Origin: an uncultured Candidatus Actinomarina sp.
Lineage (GTDB): Bacteria; Actinomycetota; Acidimicrobiia; Actinomarinales; Actinomarinaceae
Assembly: GCA_902566515.1 (NCBI GenBank)
Contig: CACFIX010000002.1
Span: forward strand, 19,566 to 83,565
DNA: 64,000 nt
Direction of reading: 5' to 3'
Shown: positions 18,053-26,670 of the stretch, one piece after another
How positions within the stretch are numbered: position 1 is the first letter of the stretch
Layout of the letters: each line of letters starts with the position of its first letter
The notes under the pieces: model-generated
The model's database searches: none
What the model was told of the DNA's origin: nothing
The model's input: the letters and a program-made list of their open reading frames with translations, nothing else
Made by a program: the position numbers and the translations under genes

Positions 18053-18973
18053 ATGAAAACGAAACTTATTATTCTTGCCTTGTTTGTATCAATGTGTTCA
18101 AATCAAGCGCAAGAAAAGAATGATGTAAAAATTATTTCATTGTCTACAACTCACACTGAAATTATTCAATCATTAGGTGCAGAAAATACATTAATTGCTG
18201 TTGATGCTTTTTCTGAAGTTGACTTCCCAGTCCAAAGAATTGACGCATACACAGTCACAGCTGAAGAACTCGCACCCCTTGATGCAGATATGGTAATAGT
18301 TGCTTTTGATTTCAATGGCATTATTGAAGGATTGGAAGCACAAGAGATTAACCATATCCTTTTACCTCCTGCTAGAAATCTTGAAGATGTTTATTCTCAG
18401 ATTCAAACTATTGGAGAATTAGTAGATAAAAAAACTGTTGCAGAAAAACAAATAAGAGATATGAAGCTTGCAATTAATAGAATCATAAGCAATTCAAATT
18501 ATGAAAATATTACCGTTTATCACGAAATTGGTTATTCCTATGGAATTTATAGTGTAAATGCAAACTCATTAATTGGAGAAATTTACAACTCACTTGGAAT
18601 CATAAATATTGCTAACTCCGAGGAAGATCCCTTCGGAAGTGGATACCCTGCATTAACTGAAGAAATGGTAATAGAATCAAACCCCGACTTTATTGTTGTA
18701 GGACACTCTGACTATTTAAATAAAGACCTTTCAATTAGAGATGGTTGGGAAAACATAAATGCAGTTCAGAGTTCCAATGTATATTTTTTGGATGATACAT
18801 TAGCCAGCAACTGGGGAACAACAACACTAGAGCTTGTTGAAACTTTATCAGCTACTTTTGAAGAAAGTGCTGAAACCAACCCATATTCAGACTATTTACT
18901 ATTAGTATCATTATTGTTTTTAGTAATTATGCTATTTGTACTCACACGAGACAGTACAAGGGTAAAAGTATAA
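18053..18973 (+). CDS. BtuF-like (cluster A / PBP8) substrate-binding lipoprotein with a C-terminal hydrophobic anchor
   Basis: Lipobox 'LFVSMC|S'. 'VKIISLSTTHTEIIQSLGAENTLIAVD' and 'NPDFIVV' are typical of Fe-siderophore/B12 binding proteins. Start at ATG 18053 behind AAAGGAAA. C-terminus 'YLLLVSLLFLVIMLFVLTR'. Confidence 0.7.
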   Translation: MKTKLIILALFVSMCSNQAQEKNDVKIISLSTTHTEIIQSLGAENTLIAVDAFSEVDFPVQRIDAYTVTAEELAPLDADMVIVAFDFNGIIEGLEAQEINHILLPPARNLEDVYSQIQTIGELVDKKTVAEKQIRDMKLAINRIISNSNYENITVYHEIGYSYGIYSVNANSLIGEIYNSLGIINIANSEEDPFGSGYPALTEEMVIESNPDFIVVGHSDYLNKDLSIRDGWENINAVQSSNVYFLDDTLASNWGTTTLELVETLSATFEESAETNPYSDYLLLVSLLFLVIMLFVLTRDSTRVKV

Positions 18974-18983
18974 AGGAGAGTTC

Positions 18984-19892
18984 ATGAAAGGGTATCCAAA
19001 CGACCTATATATTCTTGCATTTGACCATAGAGGCACACTAACAAAAGGCCTCCTTGGTGTTGAAGGCAGAGCTCCAACCGAGGATGAAGTTTCTCGTGTG
19101 TCTTCCATGAAAGACATTATTTTTGATGGTTTTCTTGAAGCACAAAGCAAGGGTATAAACGGCGGAGACCCAGCGATCCTTGTTGATGAGACTTTTGGTC
19201 TTCAAGTTCAAGAAAAAGCAAAAGAAATGGGAATAAAGTTTGCAGCCCCCGTTGAAAAGTCAGGACAAAAGATTTTTGACTTTGAATACGGTAGTGATTT
19301 CGGTGAAAAAATAAAAGAAGTGAACGCAGATTTTGTAAAGATACTTGTACGTTGGAATCCTAGTGATGATTCTGATACTAGACAGGTTCAAGGTGAAAGA
19401 ATAAAAACTCTTTCAGATTGGTTAGATGAAAACGAAAGAAAGTTTCTTTTAGAGTTTTTAGTACCTGCAACTGAAGAACAGCTAGCAAGTGTTGATGGAG
19501 ACCAGGCTAAATATGACTCTGAGATAAGACCTAAGCTTGCAGTCCAAGTTGTTGAGGAAATGAGAGAAAAAGGTGCTGATCCAGATATATGGAAAATTGA
19601 AGGCTTAGACACTATTGAAGATAATGAAAATGTTTCAAAAGTTATTAAAGATGGTGGAAGAGAAGAAGTAATTGCTGTTGTTCTGGGAAGAGGAGCGAAT
19701 GATGAAAAGGTTAATGAATGGCTCAGAGCAGGCTCATCTGTAGATGGCTACAAAGGATTTGCAATTGGAAGATCAATATTTTGGAACTCACTTAAAGGGT
19801 GGCACAGTGGTGATAAATCCAGAGAAGAAGCAGTTTCAGAAATTGCTGATTCTTATTTAAGTTTTATTTCGGTATATCAAAACGGGAGTTAG
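18984..19892 (+). CDS. class I aldolase-like TIM-barrel protein (LacD / DUF2090-like)
   Basis: N-terminal 'LYILAFDHRG' resembles 'ALAFDQRG' of tagatose-bisphosphate aldolase and DUF2090 proteins. Also 'DFVKILVRWNP' and 'GFAIGRSIF'. Family call is from memory only. Confidence 0.4.
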   Translation: MKGYPNDLYILAFDHRGTLTKGLLGVEGRAPTEDEVSRVSSMKDIIFDGFLEAQSKGINGGDPAILVDETFGLQVQEKAKEMGIKFAAPVEKSGQKIFDFEYGSDFGEKIKEVNADFVKILVRWNPSDDSDTRQVQGERIKTLSDWLDENERKFLLEFLVPATEEQLASVDGDQAKYDSEIRPKLAVQVVEEMREKGADPDIWKIEGLDTIEDNENVSKVIKDGGREEVIAVVLGRGANDEKVNEWLRAGSSVDGYKGFAIGRSIFWNSLKGWHSGDKSREEAVSEIADSYLSFISVYQNGS

Positions 19893-19895
19893 AAA

Positions 19896-21098
19896 ATGCC
19901 ACTAGGCAAAGCAGTTATTGGACAATCAGGTGGTCCAACAGCTGTCATAAACAGATCACTAGTGGGCTTTATTAAAGAAGCAATCAAATCAGATTTTGAT
20001 GAAATCCTAGGAGCAAAGCACGGATTAGAAGGAATGCTCAATGAAGATTTTGTAGATCTTTCAAATCTGTCTGAAGCACAACTTTATGGCATTGGAAAAA
20101 CACCTGCCGCAGCTTTAGGTTCAGTAAGAAAAAAGCCTACTGACTCAGATATAGAAAAACTTGTTTCAATATTTGAACAACAGAATATCAGAAACTTTTT
20201 CTACATAGGAGGTAATGATTCGGCTGAAACAGCTAATTTAGTTTCTGAAGGGGCAAAATCTATAGGATATGAAATGAAAGCATTTCATATTCCTAAAACA
20301 ATCGATAATGACTTACGCGAAACAGACCATTGTCCCGGATACGGTTCAGCAGCTCGATTTGTAGCTCATGCTTTTCAGGGTGATGATGCAGACAACAGGA
20401 GTCTTAGAGGTATTAAAATAAACGTTTTAATGGGCCGACATGCAGGGTGGCTTACTGCTGCAAGTACCTTGGGGAAATCTACCGAAGAAGATGGTCCGCA
20501 TTTAGTATATGTCCCTGAAAAAGTATTCAACATTGAAACCTTTTTGAAAGAAGTTAAAGAAGTATATGATTCGCTTGGAAGGTGTGTAGTTGCTGTTTCT
20601 GAAGGAATTCACAACGAAGATGGTGAATATTTTCTTCAAACATATGCTAGCGAAACAGGCTCTGGACTGGCAGGAAAAAAAGATAGCCATGGTAACATCC
20701 AACTTTCAGGCTCAGGTGCACTAGGTGATACATTAACAAATATAGTTTCACAACATATTGATGGTGCAAGAGTTAGGGCGGACACCTTTGGTTATTTACA
20801 GAGATCATTTTTAGCGGATGTATCCGATATAGATGCTGAAGAAGCCGAGAGAGTAGGACATCATGCTGTGGTTTTTTCAAAAGAATTACACAGTGGATCA
20901 GTAATTCTTAAAAGACAACTGTCAGAAACATACCACTGCGATGTTGATGTTGTAGATTTGAGCAAAGTCGCTAAACACACAAAAGACATGCCTAAGGAAT
21001 TTCTAGACGAATCCAAACCATATGTTACAAATGACTTTTTTGAATATGCCATGCCGCTTACCGGTGGAATAGAACCAAAAACCCAAATATTTGTATAA
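19896..21098 (+). CDS. 6-phosphofructokinase (possibly PPi-dependent)
   Basis: 'GQSGGPTAVINRSL', 'IGGNDS', 'PKTIDNDL', 'MGRHAGWLT'. The N-D in 'GGNDS' replaces the GGDGS of ATP-dependent enzymes. Confidence 0.85.
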   Translation: MPLGKAVIGQSGGPTAVINRSLVGFIKEAIKSDFDEILGAKHGLEGMLNEDFVDLSNLSEAQLYGIGKTPAAALGSVRKKPTDSDIEKLVSIFEQQNIRNFFYIGGNDSAETANLVSEGAKSIGYEMKAFHIPKTIDNDLRETDHCPGYGSAARFVAHAFQGDDADNRSLRGIKINVLMGRHAGWLTAASTLGKSTEEDGPHLVYVPEKVFNIETFLKEVKEVYDSLGRCVVAVSEGIHNEDGEYFLQTYASETGSGLAGKKDSHGNIQLSGSGALGDTLTNIVSQHIDGARVRADTFGYLQRSFLADVSDIDAEEAERVGHHAVVFSKELHSGSVILKRQLSETYHCDVDVVDLSKVAKHTKDMPKEFLDESKPYVTNDFFEYAMPLTGGIEPKTQIFV

Positions 21099-21533
21099 AT
21101 GTCAAAAATAAAACTATCAAAAGACCAATTCGAAGTTTTTTGGGAGGCAACAGTTCGATACTACGAACTAGATCCTCAGGGAGTAATGCACAATGCTAAT
21201 CACGTCGCATTTTTTGATCAAGCAATTACTGCCTATTTTAAGCATGTTAATTACGACTACTTGAGCGATATCGAAGAGACAAAAAAAGATTTTCACACCG
21301 TACAGGTGTTAGTTCAGTACAACAAACCTCTTTACTTTGATCAAGATATAGAAATTGGCGTCAGAGTAAAAGAAATAGGGAATTCGAGCATGACTTGGAT
21401 TATGGGAATGTTTCTAAAAGAAGCAGGGGATTTAGTTAGCTCTTGCGAGGCTGTTCATGTCTATACTGATCAAACAACAATGAAGCCAACACCCATTACT
21501 GAAGAACTTAAAGCAAAACTGAAGTTTAATTAA
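21099..21533 (+). CDS. acyl-CoA thioesterase (4HBT/YbgC hotdog fold)
   Basis: 'VRYYELDPQGVMHNANHVAFFDQA' catalytic N-terminus of 4HBT thioesterases. Confidence 0.75.
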   Translation: MSKIKLSKDQFEVFWEATVRYYELDPQGVMHNANHVAFFDQAITAYFKHVNYDYLSDIEETKKDFHTVQVLVQYNKPLYFDQDIEIGVRVKEIGNSSMTWIMGMFLKEAGDLVSSCEAVHVYTDQTTMKPTPITEELKAKLKFN

Positions 21534-21561
21534 TCACCTCTTAAGCTGTAATATTGTTCAT

Positions 21562-22653
21562 ATGAATCAAAGAAGATATGATATTGATGCATTGCGATCC
21601 ATAGCAATGTTTCTTCTTATTTTTTATCATCTCGGAATTTCATTCACTATGATTGCTCCACAAATACTCTTTGTTCAGAACAAAAGAATGTCAGGGGGTA
21701 TATGGCCGTTATTAAACATCATGAACAACTGGAGAATACCCCTTGTTTTCTTAATTGCAGGAGTCGCTCTAAGGCTTTCATTTAGCAAAAGAACTAAGAT
21801 GCAGATATTCAAAGAGAGAGCAAAAATCCTTATCTTACCCTGGTTATTTGGAACTCTTGTATTTTCAACCTCTTCTGCTTTGATTGTCGGAAGATATTAT
21901 AACTATTGGTGGCTAGACGAAATTAGCGAAGCTGTTTTCTTTGTTTTAGAGTATGACGGGCTACATCTATGGTTTTTGACTAATATTTTTGTTTACTGCA
22001 TAGTTCTTATTCCGATTTTGAATTTTATCTCAAAAGAAAACTTTATTGCTTCATTACTCAACAAACCTGGAGGCATATTTTTATTCGCAATTCCCATAAT
22101 AGCTGAGGGACACCTATTGAATCTATCAAGGTTTAAAACTGAAACATATGGAGATTATTACAACTCATATGCGCTTACAGACCATGGTTTTCTACTTGGC
22201 TTTCTATGGTTTTTTATAGGAATAATTCTCACTTCTCAGGGGGATGCATTTTGGGAATCGAATAAAAAAAATTGGCGGTTACATCTAGGATTAGGTGCAA
22301 CATCATATTTTTACAGATTTTTTAACAATTTCCTTGAAGATTACGCCTTAGACAACAGGCTGATAGCTTTTGAGTCTTTTAATTTTATTTTTGCACTTCT
22401 CGGCATTGCTGCAGTTTACCTAAACAAAGATTCACCACAATTAACATATTACAAAACAGCTGTTTTTCCTGTATATATTGTTCACCTGCCGGTACAAATG
22501 GCAGTCATGTATTTTTTTGCTGGATCAAACATTCATCCAATTATAAAATTTCCAATTGCTTTATTTTTAATTTGTTTCTTATCTCTTACTATTTACCATG
22601 CTGTAAAAAATATCAAACTATTAAGACCCTTGTTTGGTTTAAGGAATAAATAA
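21562..22653 (+). CDS. acyltransferase family 3 membrane protein
   Basis: 'DALRSIAMFLLIFYHLG' start motif and about 10 predicted TM segments. Confidence 0.7.
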   Translation: MNQRRYDIDALRSIAMFLLIFYHLGISFTMIAPQILFVQNKRMSGGIWPLLNIMNNWRIPLVFLIAGVALRLSFSKRTKMQIFKERAKILILPWLFGTLVFSTSSALIVGRYYNYWWLDEISEAVFFVLEYDGLHLWFLTNIFVYCIVLIPILNFISKENFIASLLNKPGGIFLFAIPIIAEGHLLNLSRFKTETYGDYYNSYALTDHGFLLGFLWFFIGIILTSQGDAFWESNKKNWRLHLGLGATSYFYRFFNNFLEDYALDNRLIAFESFNFIFALLGIAAVYLNKDSPQLTYYKTAVFPVYIVHLPVQMAVMYFFAGSNIHPIIKFPIALFLICFLSLTIYHAVKNIKLLRPLFGLRNK

Positions 22654-22655
22654 AT

Positions 22656-23162
22656 TTGAAAAAAGTAAATCTTTTAATTTTTATTCTTTTTATAAACTTA
22701 TGCTCAACAACCAGTAATGAAGGAGTAGCTTCTCTAACAGATACCACAACCACTTCTTTAGTAATTGCAGAAGAAGACTATCCGATCGTTTTAACTCAAT
22801 GTTTAAATGAAGAAAAGGGTTACAACATTGCAACCCCTTTTGATATACAAGACTTGAAAACAACTATTAGTCAATTAAGTAATACTAAAGATGAGGAGTC
22901 ACAGTTAGGAGAAGACATTAATTATTGTATAAATAAATATAATCTGTGGTCAGATTCATCTTCATCAAACCCAGATGATCTTGCAAAACTATATGATGAA
23001 AACCTTCAACTAGCGAAATGTTTAAGAGAAAAAGGCATCAACGTCTCAGACCCAACTCAACAAGAACCTAAAATAGATTTAAGTGAATTAGATAAATCAA
23101 AAGAGGAAATTTCTCCATTATTAAAAGAGTGTGGATATGGTGAATTAGGATATGAAAAATAA
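22656..23162 (+). CDS. acidic Cys4 lipoprotein, paralog 1 (two CxRExG..P...C modules)
   Basis: TTG start, lipobox 'INLC|S', Thr-rich linker, modules 'TQCLNEEKGYNIATP...NYC' and 'AKCLREKGINVSDP...KEC'. Confidence 0.7.
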   Translation: MKKVNLLIFILFINLCSTTSNEGVASLTDTTTTSLVIAEEDYPIVLTQCLNEEKGYNIATPFDIQDLKTTISQLSNTKDEESQLGEDINYCINKYNLWSDSSSSNPDDLAKLYDENLQLAKCLREKGINVSDPTQQEPKIDLSELDKSKEEISPLLKECGYGELGYEK

Positions 23163-23736
23163 TTGCTTAATAATCTTTATGTCTATTTTGATTGCTGCGT
23201 GTTCAGCTCCAGATAGTTCACAAGGTGTAGTTTCTACAGAAGATCTATCTACAGTCACTACAGTTACAACAATTGTAGAAAATATTATTGAAGACAATTT
23301 ATCACCTGAAGATGCCCAGCTTTTAATGGCAAGATGCTTAAGGGACAATGGCTATGACGTCAAAGATCCAAAAAATGACGAAGGTCTTAGAAGTGTTTTA
23401 ACGCCAATTTTTCTTGCAGCTAATGAAAAAGGAAGAACACAACTTTTTGAGACTATTCAAGCATGTGCAGAAGAAAACAATATACCATTAGGAGATAACG
23501 CAGATTTTGAAAATCCAGAAGATGTTGCAGATAGGCTCGATACAGAACTTGAGTTTGCTCAATGTTTGAGGGAAAAAGGTATAGAGGTTGAAGACCCAAG
23601 TGCAGACAGACCCCTAAGGCCAATTCTTGTTGGATTAGTACAGTCTGGACAATATCTTGAAGATCAAATTAGAGAAGCTGCTGCAGAGTGCTTTGATGAC
23701 CTCGGACTTGAACCGCCAGAACAAGGTGGAGGATAA
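23152..23736 (+). CDS. acidic Cys4 lipoprotein, paralog 2
   Basis: Lipobox 'IAAC|S', 'SQGVVSTED' linker, modules 'ARCLRDNGYDVKDP...QAC' and 'AQCLREKGIEVEDP...AEC'. Confidence 0.7.
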   Translation: MKNNCLIIFMSILIAACSAPDSSQGVVSTEDLSTVTTVTTIVENIIEDNLSPEDAQLLMARCLRDNGYDVKDPKNDEGLRSVLTPIFLAANEKGRTQLFETIQACAEENNIPLGDNADFENPEDVADRLDTELEFAQCLREKGIEVEDPSADRPLRPILVGLVQSGQYLEDQIREAAAECFDDLGLEPPEQGGG

Positions 23737-23761
23737 GACTAGTTTTCTTTATAATTTTCCT

Positions 23762-24361
23762 ATGTATAAAAAAGCATCAGTTGTATTAATCTTTTTAACA
23801 GCATGCTCTTTTTTTCAACAAGACGAGCAAGCTGTTGTCTCTGTTGCAGATACCGACAAAGGTAAAGAGGCAATTGCTTTGGGTGTTGACTTAGCAGACG
23901 AACGAGAAGAAATTTCAGATGAAGATGCTCCTTTAGTTCTTGTCCAATGTGTAAATGAGTCTGGTTATAAATTTAAAGAGCCAAAAAACTTTCTGGACCT
24001 ATATACGACTATAGCTTCATATTTTGAAACAATAACTGAACAAGAGGCACAAGAACTTTGGAGTATTATTGAGGAATGTGCTTTGAAGTATAACTTGTGG
24101 GGTGTGGCTGACGAAAATCAGTTTGAAGATCCTGTCCAGGTTTCAAAAGAGATTGATAGATCTCTATTCATGGCAAAATGTTTTCGAGAAAATGGCTATC
24201 CAAAAGTACCTGATCCAAACTATTTCAACAGAGAAGTTAGGTTAGATGCTTATATTGATGATGATTGGGAACTTAGAGAAGACGACCCAATTGTACAAAC
24301 ATGGCAAGCATGCGAAGAAAATCTTCCAGATGAATTAAAGGATGATGAATGGGATGAATAA
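23762..24361 (+). CDS. acidic Cys4 lipoprotein, paralog 3
   Basis: Start placed at ATG 23762 (MYKKASVVLIFLTAC|S). Modules 'VQCVNESGYKFKEP...EEC' and 'AKCFRENGYPKVPDP...QAC'. Shares 'KYNLW' with paralog 1. Confidence 0.7.
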   Translation: MYKKASVVLIFLTACSFFQQDEQAVVSVADTDKGKEAIALGVDLADEREEISDEDAPLVLVQCVNESGYKFKEPKNFLDLYTTIASYFETITEQEAQELWSIIEECALKYNLWGVADENQFEDPVQVSKEIDRSLFMAKCFRENGYPKVPDPNYFNREVRLDAYIDDDWELREDDPIVQTWQACEENLPDELKDDEWDE

Positions 24362-24424
24362 AAAACTTAATAAAATAATTTCACAGAAAGCGTGTAGATT
24401 TAATAAACTAATTGAATTAGAACA

Positions 24425-25990
24425 ATGATAAAAAATATATTTAAATTAAAAAACCTCTCCATACTAATTGCATTAGCCGGTTTGGCTTATGGCGGATATT
24501 ATTTTGGCACACAAAATACCGACACATCCTCTAATAATAAAACTTTAGAATTAACTACAGTTGCTATACAAAAAGGTGACTTAGCAAAAAAAGAAGAGTA
24601 CAACGGAACATTAAGGCAGACAGACAAAAAAGTTCTCAACTCACCAACCAATGGAGTTGTTACTTTTCTACCAAAAGAAGGGACAATAATTAACTTTGGA
24701 GAAATACTCTTCATTATTGACAATAAACCAGTAATACTGCTTGAAGGAAGTACTCCCTTTTATAGAACTCTTGATTTAAATTCGGATCCTGGTGTTGATG
24801 TAAAACAAGTTGAAGAAGCTTTAGTTTATTTAGGCTATGCAGAAAATTCTTTTGTACCAGATAATATTTTTGACGCCGAAACATCACAAATGCTAAATAA
24901 ACTATATATTGATTACGGAATTGAAACCAAATCAGAGATTACTCCAAGTGAACAAGTTTTAATAAACCAAAAAGAAAATGAAATCGAAAACCTTGAAGAA
25001 ATTGTTGCTGAAGGAGGAACAACTCTTAAAGAAGTTGATAATAAGAAAAAACTATTAGATGATGCAATAGAAAATGCAACAAAAGAAAATGCTACTTGGC
25101 AGGCTGCAGATGCAGAGATTGAAAGAATTCGTAATTTAATAGATGAGCTCAAATATGAATCTATGTCTGAAGAAACTCGAGCCGGGAAGAAGGCAGATTA
25201 TGAAGAAGACATTAAAGCACAAGAACGTATACAAAGCAGGGAAGCAGGAAAAGAATCTGGAATTGATGCTACAGAAGCCCTAGCTATTGAAAATGCACAA
25301 AAAGCTTATGAAGAAGCTCTTGAGTCTTACAATGAAGGTGTTAATAGAGAGGCTGAATTAGAAAAAGCAAGAGAAGAATTAGTTGAATTAAAATTAAGTG
25401 CTGTATCAGAAACATTTAGCCCTACTAATGCTTTTGCTTCAAAAACTTCAGTTATTGTTGGATCATACATTAATGACGTAGGGTCTGCGGTAGCTTTAAA
25501 TTCACCTTTATATAATATTTCTTCAACAGGAATAGAAGTAGTTTTTCAGGTAGATGCCTCAGACCAAGAAACAGTATCTCTTGGAGACAGTGTTCAGATA
25601 GAACTTCCAACAGACGAAAGAGTCCCAACAGTAATTACATTCATTGATCAAGTTGTGACACAAACTCAAGCAGGAGAATTTATAGAAGTAACGTTAGAAG
25701 TTCTTAACCCCGAAGAAATTGAAGCTTACGATCAAGCACCTGTAAAAGTATTTGTAACAACTGAAGTATCTCAAAATGTCTTGTATGTTCCTGTAAATGC
25801 ACTACTTGCATTGGCAGAAGGTGGTTATGCCCTAGAAGTTTATGATGGAGAAGTCGAGGGAGGTACCTTCGAGGGAGAGTCTGGAGTTGACACCAGCTAC
25901 GTTGCTGTAGAAATAGGAGTTTTTACAGACGGTTTTGTTGAAGTAAAAGGTAACATCTCAGAAGGTCAAATCGTAGTCGTTCCAAGATGA
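24425..25990 (+). CDS. HlyD/MacA-like periplasmic adaptor with peptidoglycan-binding domain
   Basis: N-terminal TM segment, PG_binding_1-like 'DVKQVEEALVYLGYAENSFVPDNIFDAETSQMLNKLYIDYGI', long coiled coil, C-terminal beta-barrel '...EGQIVVVPR'. 4-nt overlap with the ATPase gene. Confidence 0.7.
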   Translation: MIKNIFKLKNLSILIALAGLAYGGYYFGTQNTDTSSNNKTLELTTVAIQKGDLAKKEEYNGTLRQTDKKVLNSPTNGVVTFLPKEGTIINFGEILFIIDNKPVILLEGSTPFYRTLDLNSDPGVDVKQVEEALVYLGYAENSFVPDNIFDAETSQMLNKLYIDYGIETKSEITPSEQVLINQKENEIENLEEIVAEGGTTLKEVDNKKKLLDDAIENATKENATWQAADAEIERIRNLIDELKYESMSEETRAGKKADYEEDIKAQERIQSREAGKESGIDATEALAIENAQKAYEEALESYNEGVNREAELEKAREELVELKLSAVSETFSPTNAFASKTSVIVGSYINDVGSAVALNSPLYNISSTGIEVVFQVDASDQETVSLGDSVQIELPTDERVPTVITFIDQVVTQTQAGEFIEVTLEVLNPEEIEAYDQAPVKVFVTTEVSQNVLYVPVNALLALAEGGYALEVYDGEVEGGTFEGESGVDTSYVAVEIGVFTDGFVEVKGNISEGQIVVVPR

Positions 25991-26670
25991 AAACCAGTAC
26001 TAAAACTGTAATATCTATAAACAATATTTCCAAAGTTTACGAAGGTCCACCCCCCGTAAGAGCTTTAGACGGAGTATCTCTTGAGGTAAAGGAAGGTGAC
26101 TTTGTAGCGATAGTGGGTCAATCTGGAAGCGGAAAATCAACTTTACTTAATATGATTGGATTATTGGATAGCATCACAGAAGGGTCAATTGAAATTGAAG
26201 AAAGTGATGTTTCAAAACTTTCTGATAATGAACTTTCTAAATTTAGAGGAGAAAAAATTGGATTTATCTTCCAAAGTTTCTTTCTTTTACCTGGACTAAC
26301 TGCTCAAGAAAATGTGGCTGAAGGGCTTCTTTATCAAGGTATTTCAAGAACCAAAAGACTAGAAAAAGCAAAAGAAGTTTTAGATCAGGTAGGTTTAGGT
26401 GACAGATTAACTCACCTTCCAAAAGAATTATCTGGCGGACAGCAACAAAGAGTTGCAATAGCAAGAGCACTTGTTCAAGATCCAGCATTTGTGTTAGCAG
26501 ATGAACCAACTGGAAATCTTGATAAAGAATCCGGTATAAATATTTTAAACATCTTAAAAGACCTTAATAATCAAGGAAAAACGGTCATAATGATTACCCA
26601 CAACCAAGAACATGCAAATATGTTTAAAAAAGTTATCGAATTAGTTGATGGAAAAATTGTGAGCAAATGA
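25987..26670 (+). CDS. ABC transporter ATP-binding protein (MacB/LolD type)
   Basis: Walker A 'GQSGSGKSTLLN', signature 'LSGGQQQRVAIARAL', Walker B 'VLADEPTGNLD'. Confidence 0.9.
   Translation: MKTSTKTVISINNISKVYEGPPPVRALDGVSLEVKEGDFVAIVGQSGSGKSTLLNMIGLLDSITEGSIEIEESDVSKLSDNELSKFRGEKIGFIFQSFFLLPGLTAQENVAEGLLYQGISRTKRLEKAKEVLDQVGLGDRLTHLPKELSGGQQQRVAIARALVQDPAFVLADEPTGNLDKESGINILNILKDLNNQGKTVIMITHNQEHANMFKKVIELVDGKIVSK

Noticed and set aside
18932-19150. 72-aa minus-strand ORF bridging the BtuF-like gene and the aldolase-like gene.
   Set aside because: It overlaps the ends of two better-supported plus-strand genes and has no motifs, so it is a probable shadow ORF.
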